Of a DNA stretch of 64,000 nt, positions 57,919 to 64,000 are shown in pieces; position 1 is the stretch's first letter, and each line of letters starts with the position of its first letter. The position numbers and the translations under genes were made by a program. The notes below the pieces were generated by a model. It saw nothing but the letters and a program-made list of their open reading frames with translations, was not told the DNA's origin and did not search any database. Source of the DNA: Dissulfurispiraceae bacterium (GTDB taxonomy: Bacteria; Nitrospirota; Thermodesulfovibrionia; Thermodesulfovibrionales; Dissulfurispiraceae); contig JAVFAA010000001.1 in NCBI GenBank assembly GCA_034002665.1, forward strand, positions 300,748-364,747, written 5' to 3'.

Positions 57919-58782
57919 ATGAATTCAGTTATAAGTCCTGTTTCAAGATACCTTAGCATGATCAAGTTCTCACACTCGGTCTTTGCCTTGCCTTTTGCGT
58001 TCACTGGAGCTCTGCTCGCCTCAAACGGCATTCCTGATTTTGAAAAACTACTATGGATAGTGGTTGCAATGGTCGGAGCCCGTACTGCTGCCATGGGATT
58101 CAACAGAATAATCGACAGAAAAATAGACAGCCTTAATCCGAGGACAAAAAACAGGGAAATACCAACAGGAGTGGTCTCGATCAGATCAGCGCTTATTTTA
58201 AGCATTACAGCGCTCCTGGTTCTTTTTTTTGCAGCCTATAAGCTCAACCCTCTATGTTTGATGCTGTCTCCGATAGCTGTTTTTGTATTCATTGGATATT
58301 CATACACAAAAAGATTTACATGGATGTCGCATTTTGTGCTCGGTATGGCGCTCTCAGCAGCACCGTTAGGTGCATGGATAGGTATAAAAGGAACTTTCGA
58401 TCCCGAGATTATTCCTTTAGGCATTGCAGTTGTGTTCTGGCTTGCTGGATTTGATACGCTCTATGCGCTCCAGGATCTTGTTTTTGACAAAATAGAGGGA
58501 CTGCACTCCATCCCTGCCAGGTTTGGTGAAAAGCTTTCTCTTGTATTGGCAAGAATCTTTCATGCTGTGGCATGGCTCATGTTTTTACTGAATGGCATTT
58601 TGTTTGATCTTAACTGTATCTACTGGATAGGTCTTGTCATAGTTGGAGTTATGCTCGCTTATGAACACAGTCTGATAAAGCATAATGATCTTTCAAGGCT
58701 TGACATGGCATTTTTCAATATGAATGGCTATATAAGTATAACCGTATTTTTCTTTACACTTCTGGCTATTCTGCTGTCCTGA
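57919..58782 (+). CDS. UbiA-family aromatic prenyltransferase (4-hydroxybenzoate polyprenyltransferase-like)
   Basis: 287 aa polytopic protein with Asp-rich motifs NRIIDRKID and YALQDLVFD. Confidence 0.85.
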   Translation: MNSVISPVSRYLSMIKFSHSVFALPFAFTGALLASNGIPDFEKLLWIVVAMVGARTAAMGFNRIIDRKIDSLNPRTKNREIPTGVVSIRSALILSITALLVLFFAAYKLNPLCLMLSPIAVFVFIGYSYTKRFTWMSHFVLGMALSAAPLGAWIGIKGTFDPEIIPLGIAVVFWLAGFDTLYALQDLVFDKIEGLHSIPARFGEKLSLVLARIFHAVAWLMFLLNGILFDLNCIYWIGLVIVGVMLAYEHSLIKHNDLSRLDMAFFNMNGYISITVFFFTLLAILLS

Positions 58783-58831
58783 ACAATATTTAATCCTGAA
58801 GGCAGATCAAAGAGGAGGCAGGTTTTAGAGT

Positions 58832-60145
58832 ATGAACAGAGCTGATACCGTAATATGCGCAGAGTATCTGTTGACAATGAACAGCGGGCTGGATGTTATT
58901 CAGAACGGCGCTGTCGCTGTTCAAGGCAGCACCATTGCTGCAGTTGGACCTGCTGATGCGATTATGAATGAATTTTCATCTGATAAAGTAATTGACTGCA
59001 GAGGCAAGGTATTGATGCCCGGTTTTGTTAATACCCACACGCATGCATCTATGGTCTTTTTCAGGGGATTGGCTGATGATATGCCGCTCAAGGAGTGGTT
59101 GGAAAATCATATATGGCCTGCTGAAGCAAAATGGCTGAGTCCTGAGTTTGTGTGCGATGCTGCGGAACTCGCCTGTATGGAGATGATCATGGCAGGCGTC
59201 ACACTTTTTAATGACATGTATTTTTATGTTGACAGTGTTGCAATGGCTGCAAAAAAGATGGGTATGCGCGCAGTTATTGGAAACGGCATATTGGATTTTC
59301 CCACAAAAACAGGTAAATCTCCTGAAGACTATCTCAAAACTGCCGAAGAATTTGCAAAAAAGTATAAAAATGATGATTTGATATCTTCATGTTTAGCTCC
59401 CCATTCATCCTATACATGCTCTTCTGAGACTCTGAAAAAAGTTTGTAAAACAGCTGAAAAGCTCGACCTTTTTGTATGCACACACCTTTCTGAAACAGAG
59501 TGGGAGATCTCTGAAATCGTATCGCGCTACGGCAGCAGACCTGTGCAGCATCTTGATAATGCAGGCCTGCTTAATGAAAGACTTATTGCTGCGCATTGCG
59601 TCTGGCTTGATGAGGCTGAAATAGATTTGATGTCAAAGAGAGGAGTTAATGTTTCTCACTGCATTGAGAGCAATTTAAAGCTTGCCTCAGGCATAGCCCC
59701 TGTTCCTGCCATGCTAAAGGCAGGGGTCAAGGTGTCATTAGGCACTGACGGAGCTGCGAGCAATAATGATCTGAGCATAATGGGCGAGATGGCTACTGCT
59801 GCAAAGGTGCATAAGGCAGTTGCAAAGGACCCTACAGTTTTGGATGCAAAGACTGCCCTGCTTATGGCAACAAGATGGGGTGCTGAGGCATTGGGGCTCG
59901 GCTCTGTAGCAGGCAGCATTGAACCTGGAAAGCGTGCTGATATCATAACAATCAGTTTAAATAAACCGCATTTCATGCCTGTTTATGACATCTGTTCGCA
60001 TATCGTTTATGCAGCGCAGGCATCTGATGTTCAGGATGTGATGATAAATGGAGAGCTGCTGCTCAGAAACAGGGAGCTTGTGCATGCGTCTGAGGAAGAT
60101 ATACTGGCAAAGGCACAGGAGTGGGGAAGCAGGATAACAGGATGA
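58832..60145 (+). CDS. Amidohydrolase, MtaD-like 5'-methylthioadenosine/S-adenosylhomocysteine (or aminofutalosine) deaminase
   Basis: 437 aa with the metal-binding NTHTHASM motif, a later HLSE, and the GTDGAASNN motif typical of this deaminase family. Confidence 0.8.
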   Translation: MNRADTVICAEYLLTMNSGLDVIQNGAVAVQGSTIAAVGPADAIMNEFSSDKVIDCRGKVLMPGFVNTHTHASMVFFRGLADDMPLKEWLENHIWPAEAKWLSPEFVCDAAELACMEMIMAGVTLFNDMYFYVDSVAMAAKKMGMRAVIGNGILDFPTKTGKSPEDYLKTAEEFAKKYKNDDLISSCLAPHSSYTCSSETLKKVCKTAEKLDLFVCTHLSETEWEISEIVSRYGSRPVQHLDNAGLLNERLIAAHCVWLDEAEIDLMSKRGVNVSHCIESNLKLASGIAPVPAMLKAGVKVSLGTDGAASNNDLSIMGEMATAAKVHKAVAKDPTVLDAKTALLMATRWGAEALGLGSVAGSIEPGKRADIITISLNKPHFMPVYDICSHIVYAAQASDVQDVMINGELLLRNRELVHASEEDILAKAQEWGSRITG

Positions 60146-60158
60146 TGATAAAGGAGGT

Positions 60159-61793
60159 ATGACAATGCCAAATAAATTCAATAATGCAGCTGAATGCTGG
60201 AAAGAGATACTGTCAGATTATTCCAGCAAGAGAGGTCTGCTCAAAGATATAGAGATATTCGCAAGGGAAAATACGGACCCGACGCATATAGTGTTCGGCA
60301 CATCAGGCTGGCGCGGCGAAACAGGCAGTGACTTTACATTCCAGAATCTCAGGGTTGTAGCAGCTGCAATAATAGAGGTGATGAAGGCGCAGAACAAAGA
60401 GGTTATGGCAGCCATGGGAGTAAAGAATTTTGCAGAGATGTCTGAGCGCGGCGTTATTGTCGGGCATGACAGCAGGTTTCTCGGCAGGGAATTCGCTATG
60501 GAGGTTATCGGTGCGCTGCAGGATGCGGGCATAAGAACATGGTACGCAGGAGAAGCCACGACTCCGGAGTTTTCTGCCGGTGTATTGATGATGAATGCTG
60601 CATGTTCAATAAATCTTACTCCATCCCATAATCCTGCCAACTATTCAGGCTTCAAGTTCAATCCTTCTGACGGAGGACCGGCTGGTGAAGAGATAACATC
60701 AAAAATCGAAGAGGCTGCAAACTCTATCATGCTGTCAGGAGCAAAGCCTGTGTCGGTTCCTCCAAAAAATATCGAATCAATAGATCTTACTGACATTTAC
60801 ATAAAATTCCTTGAGCAGAGGGCAACTCTCGATCTCGGGAAGATAAGGGATTTTGTCCATAAGCAGGACTGTCTTGTATGCGTTGACAATGTGCATGGAG
60901 CATCAAGGGGCAGGATCGAGCGCATAATAGGCGAAACATCTAAAATTGTTTACTTGCGGACAGAGGATGATTTCCTTTTTGGAGGAGTTGCGCCTGAGCC
61001 TTCAGAGGCTAACATGACAGATGTTATGCGCGTGCTGCAGTCAGGCAGCGCCCGATTCAGAATAGGCGCGATAATGGATCCTGACGGAGACAGGATAAGA
61101 CATGCTGATCATACAATACAGATACCGATGAACTACTTTGGGGCTATGGCTCTGCACTTTCTGCATACGCGCAAGGGCATTAATGGGTTGGCAGTAAAAT
61201 CCGTAGGCACGAGCAATTTTGTGAATGCAATAGCTGAGTCGCATGGGCTTGATATAGTCGAGACAAAGGTTGGATTCAAGAACTTCAGACCCTATCTGCT
61301 GCCGGATTCATCAAAGAAAGCGATAATTGCATTTGAGGAGTCTGACGGCATCTCTGCATACAACCATACTCCTGAAAAGGATGCTCTCTTTGGACTGCTC
61401 TGCGCAATAGAGATGGTAGCTGATACAGGAAAAAATCTTGGCACCTATCTGAATGACCTGATGGACAGATACGGCCATTACCATACTGACCGAGCTGGTA
61501 TAAGTGTTGACAGGTCTTTTGCCGGTGAGCAGCTGCTTAACAAGCTTGCGTGGATAAAGGAGGAGTACAAGGTTGGTAATACTGTAATGATTGGTGAACA
61601 CCAGCGCACCATTGTTGATGCAATAACAGTTGACGGAACAAAACTGGTCCTTGATGATGGCTCATGGTTTATGATAAGACCTTCCGGCACAGAACCTAAA
61701 GTGAGGTTCTACATAGAGGCAAGAACTGAGGGAGCAAAGGATGCCATTATGCAGGCCGCAAAAAAGATGACTGATGAAGCGCTCAAGAGATAA
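60159..61793 (+). CDS. Phosphoglucomutase/phosphomannomutase-family protein
   Basis: 544 aa with the phosphoserine loop TPSHNPANYSGFKF, the metal loop DPDGDR and the C-terminal RPSGTEPKVR. Confidence 0.85.
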   Translation: MTMPNKFNNAAECWKEILSDYSSKRGLLKDIEIFARENTDPTHIVFGTSGWRGETGSDFTFQNLRVVAAAIIEVMKAQNKEVMAAMGVKNFAEMSERGVIVGHDSRFLGREFAMEVIGALQDAGIRTWYAGEATTPEFSAGVLMMNAACSINLTPSHNPANYSGFKFNPSDGGPAGEEITSKIEEAANSIMLSGAKPVSVPPKNIESIDLTDIYIKFLEQRATLDLGKIRDFVHKQDCLVCVDNVHGASRGRIERIIGETSKIVYLRTEDDFLFGGVAPEPSEANMTDVMRVLQSGSARFRIGAIMDPDGDRIRHADHTIQIPMNYFGAMALHFLHTRKGINGLAVKSVGTSNFVNAIAESHGLDIVETKVGFKNFRPYLLPDSSKKAIIAFEESDGISAYNHTPEKDALFGLLCAIEMVADTGKNLGTYLNDLMDRYGHYHTDRAGISVDRSFAGEQLLNKLAWIKEEYKVGNTVMIGEHQRTIVDAITVDGTKLVLDDGSWFMIRPSGTEPKVRFYIEARTEGAKDAIMQAAKKMTDEALKR

Positions 61794-61796
61794 CTG

Positions 61797-62885
61797 ATGA
61801 GATACGGACATATTGATATCCCGCTCCAGAGGGTGCATATAGAGTTGACGAATGTCTGCGATTTCAACTGCACATTCTGTCCAAAGTCAGAGATGAAGCG
61901 CCGCTACGGATACATGGACACAGAACTGGCGAAGAAGCTGATCACGGAAATAGGAGACAACGGGATAAGCGACAAGATAACCTTTCATGTGATGGGAGAG
62001 CCGACCCTTCATAAAGATTTTTTTGAGATACTTCAGTTTGCACTTGATAAGGGAGTAAAGGTCGGGCTCACAACAAACGGCGGAGGACTCGGCAGGGAGG
62101 TTGGCAGAAAGCTGGCTGCGTATCCAATGCACCAGGTGGATATATCACTCCAGACTCCAGATGAAAAATCATTCGAACTTCGCAAGGCAGGAGCTCTCAG
62201 GTTTGAAGATTATCTCGAAGGCATATTCAGCTTTTTCTGTGAATATTACAGCGCCCACAAAAACACGATATTCAAGTTCAGATTTCTCAACACACGCTTC
62301 AGAAAAAAGAGCATGGAAAAAAAGACCGGCCCTGTTTCAGTAATATCATCCACATCAGAACTTCGTTCTACATTCAGATACTGGGCAGGCAGGGTGTATG
62401 ACATAACAGGCATATCTGCTGAAGAGCGGAGCAAGGCATTCAGCATTATAGACAGCCTTTCCGCTTACAAATGGAATGTTGTTGAGGTTGCGCCGAATGT
62501 ATTTTTCGAAACATACATGCTCGAGGACTGGGGGCATGCATTCGGCGACAAAAAGGTGCGAAAGGCATGGGCCGGGTACTGCTTTGGCATGAGGGATCAT
62601 TTTGCGATTCTGCATAATGGTGATGTGACTCTCTGCTGTGTTGATTTTGACGGAAATACGGTTATTGGCAATGCAAAGGACAGGAGCCTGAAAGAGATAC
62701 TATCTTCTGATGAGTTTGGCAGGATTATGGATGGATTCAGCAAATTCAGGCTTGTACATCCATACTGCAGACACTGCCTTGGAAGCACCTCACTGATTGG
62801 CTGGATGGTAAAGCCGGTATTGTCAGTTGCAGGACTCAAGATGCTCAAGCCCTTTTTCTACAAAAAAGTGAGGCTCTCTGATTAG
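61797..62885 (+). CDS. Radical SAM protein with SPASM-like C-terminal Cys cluster
   Basis: 362 aa with a CDFNCTFC (CxxxCxxC) cluster near the N-terminus. C-terminal cysteines occur at CCVDFDG and CRHC. Confidence 0.8.
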   Translation: MRYGHIDIPLQRVHIELTNVCDFNCTFCPKSEMKRRYGYMDTELAKKLITEIGDNGISDKITFHVMGEPTLHKDFFEILQFALDKGVKVGLTTNGGGLGREVGRKLAAYPMHQVDISLQTPDEKSFELRKAGALRFEDYLEGIFSFFCEYYSAHKNTIFKFRFLNTRFRKKSMEKKTGPVSVISSTSELRSTFRYWAGRVYDITGISAEERSKAFSIIDSLSAYKWNVVEVAPNVFFETYMLEDWGHAFGDKKVRKAWAGYCFGMRDHFAILHNGDVTLCCVDFDGNTVIGNAKDRSLKEILSSDEFGRIMDGFSKFRLVHPYCRHCLGSTSLIGWMVKPVLSVAGLKMLKPFFYKKVRLSD

Positions 62886-63475
62886 AGAGCCCTTCTGCCT
62901 TCAAGTGCTTTAGACAATGTAACTTCATCAGCAAATTCAATATCACTGCCTATCGGCAGGCCGTATGCTATTCTTGAGACCCCTATGCCGAGCGGCTTTA
63001 TCAGCTCTGTGATATATTTTGCTGTCATTTCGCCTTTTGTATTCGGATTTGTTGCGAGGATAACCTCTTTGATTTCATCAGCCCTGATTCTCTGGAGCAG
63101 TTCATCTATCCTGAGTTTGTCAGGAGCTATTCCGTCGAGCGGTGACAGGGCGCCAAGCAGCACATGGTACAGGCCATTGAATATCTTTGTGCGTTCAATC
63201 GCGATTATATTGCTCGGCTCTTCAACAACACATATGCGGGATCTGTCCCTTGATGAGTCAGTACATATTGAGCATGGATCAGTATCGGTTATATTAAAGC
63301 AGCTGGAGCAGAATCTTGCATTCTCCTTCACATTTGTAATTGCTTCAGCTATTGACCTGGCCTCCTGAGCCGGCATGCTAAGTATAAAAAATGCGAGTCT
63401 TTGCGCTGATTTTCGGCCTATGCCAGGCAGGCGCGTAAGCTCTGCAACAAGATTGTCTATTATTCCCTGCGCCAA
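62882..63475 (-). CDS. recR: Recombination protein RecR
   Basis: A TTG start at 63473-63475 (1 nt after the ybaB stop) gives a 197-aa product beginning AQGIIDNLVAELTRLPGIGRKSAQRLAF (HhH). It has a C4 zinc finger (CSSCFN..CSIC) and a Toprim domain. The longer track ORF overlaps ybaB and is unlikely. Confidence 0.9.
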   Translation of the reverse strand: MAQGIIDNLVAELTRLPGIGRKSAQRLAFFILSMPAQEARSIAEAITNVKENARFCSSCFNITDTDPCSICTDSSRDRSRICVVEEPSNIIAIERTKIFNGLYHVLLGALSPLDGIAPDKLRIDELLQRIRADEIKEVILATNPNTKGEMTAKYITELIKPLGIGVSRIAYGLPIGSDIEFADEVTLSKALEGRRAL

Positions 63476-63476
63476 A

Positions 63477-63812
63477 TTATCTCCCGAACATGCCGCCAAG
63501 ATTCCCAAGACCCGGCATGCCCATTGTGAGTTTTGACATTTCATCCTGCACAAGCTGCTGTCCGCGTCTTATTGCCTCGTTTGAAGCAGCGAGTATGAGA
63601 TCCTGAAGCATATCAGCATCATCAGGGTTTATAACCTCTTTCTCAATTTTTATTGATACAAGTTCTCCGCTGCCATTGGCAACAACAGTGACCATTCCTC
63701 CGCCTGCTGTAGCCTCTACTGTTTTTGTCTTTGCCTCTTCCTGCATCTTCTGCATCTCTTCCTGCATCTTCTGCGCCTGGCGCATCAGATCACCCAGCAT
63801 CTTCTTTGACAT
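63477..63812 (-). CDS. ybaB: Nucleoid-associated protein YbaB/EbfC
   Basis: 111 aa with MQEEMQKMQEE.., ATAGGGMVTVVANG and a typical YbaB fold sequence. An AGGAGG RBS lies upstream. Confidence 0.9.
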   Translation of the reverse strand: MSKKMLGDLMRQAQKMQEEMQKMQEEAKTKTVEATAGGGMVTVVANGSGELVSIKIEKEVINPDDADMLQDLILAASNEAIRRGQQLVQDEMSKLTMGMPGLGNLGGMFGR

Positions 63813-63826
63813 AAAAACCTCCTTTA

Positions 63827-64000
63827 TTATTCATTTTTTTTATTGTCGTTTTCCTGTCTGGGGACTACATCGGTTATCCTGCCCTCAAACAGTTCGAGAG
63901 CTTCATTGATTATCGGGTTTTCGAGAGCTTTTTCCCTGAGTTCTTTTTTTGACAATGAGTTGGACTCTTTGGAACTTATTTTTATGGACACTGTTCTGCC
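63827..64000 (-). CDS. dnaX: DNA polymerase III subunit gamma/tau, C-terminal end (partial)
   Basis: The minus-strand frame reads ..KELREKALENPIINEALELFEGRITDVVPRQENDNKKNE-stop. This resembles DnaX C-termini and fits the conserved dnaX-ybaB-recR order. Confidence 0.5.
   Translation of the reverse strand, partial: GRTVSIKISSKESNSLSKKELREKALENPIINEALELFEGRITDVVPRQENDNKKNE

Noticed and set aside
63476-63553. N-terminal extension of recR (track ORF 62882-63553, starting MCRMKCQNSQ..)
   Set aside because: It overlaps the ybaB 3' end by 77 nt. The TTG at 63473-63475 yields a normal 197-aa RecR starting at the HhH motif.

Overview
This is a bacterial chromosomal segment, AT-leaning by eye, with dense coding on both strands. 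Most of it is housekeeping: rplM(3' end)-rpsI, argC-argJ, tyrS, prpE-like ligase, a MoxR-DUF58-transglutaminase triad plus a PAS histidine kinase, a hem operon (mobB-like, ccsA-like, hemA-hemC-hemD), topA, dprA, argG, panC, nfeD, htpX, rodZ, a multihaem cytochrome, rnr, a CCA enzyme, GH57, ftsB, eno, lpdA-gcvH, a UbiA-type prenyltransferase, an MtaD-like deaminase, a PGM-family mutase, a radical SAM protein and recR-ybaB-dnaX(3' end).

The standout is a complete class 2 type V-A CRISPR-Cas locus at 36.6-43.6 kb. It comprises a 1265-aa single effector (Cas12a/Cpf1-like: split RuvC, no HNH), cas4, cas1, cas2 and a 19-repeat array. Each 36-nt repeat ends in the Cas12a handle hairpin, and I saw no tracrRNA-like anti-repeat. 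The array contains an exact tandem duplication of a five-spacer block.

Immediately upstream lies a WYL-domain regulator. Its 3' end is duplicated about 1.2 kb downstream, bracketing a GC-richer Bro-N/ORF6N (KilA-N-like) insert that separates the regulator from cas12a.

A second accessory island (2.8-7.1 kb, between argJ and tyrS) holds a ComF-like PRTase overlapping a DprA-like SLOG gene, three small secreted proteins, MITE-like inverted repeats and vapBC.

A three-gene cluster at 29.7-33.0 kb (epimerase-family reductase, alpha-oxoamine synthase, GNAT-like acyltransferase) resembles the bacterial ceramide pathway. I recognised no rRNA or tRNA genes. All calls rest on reading the ORF translations and the sequence by eye; no database search was possible.
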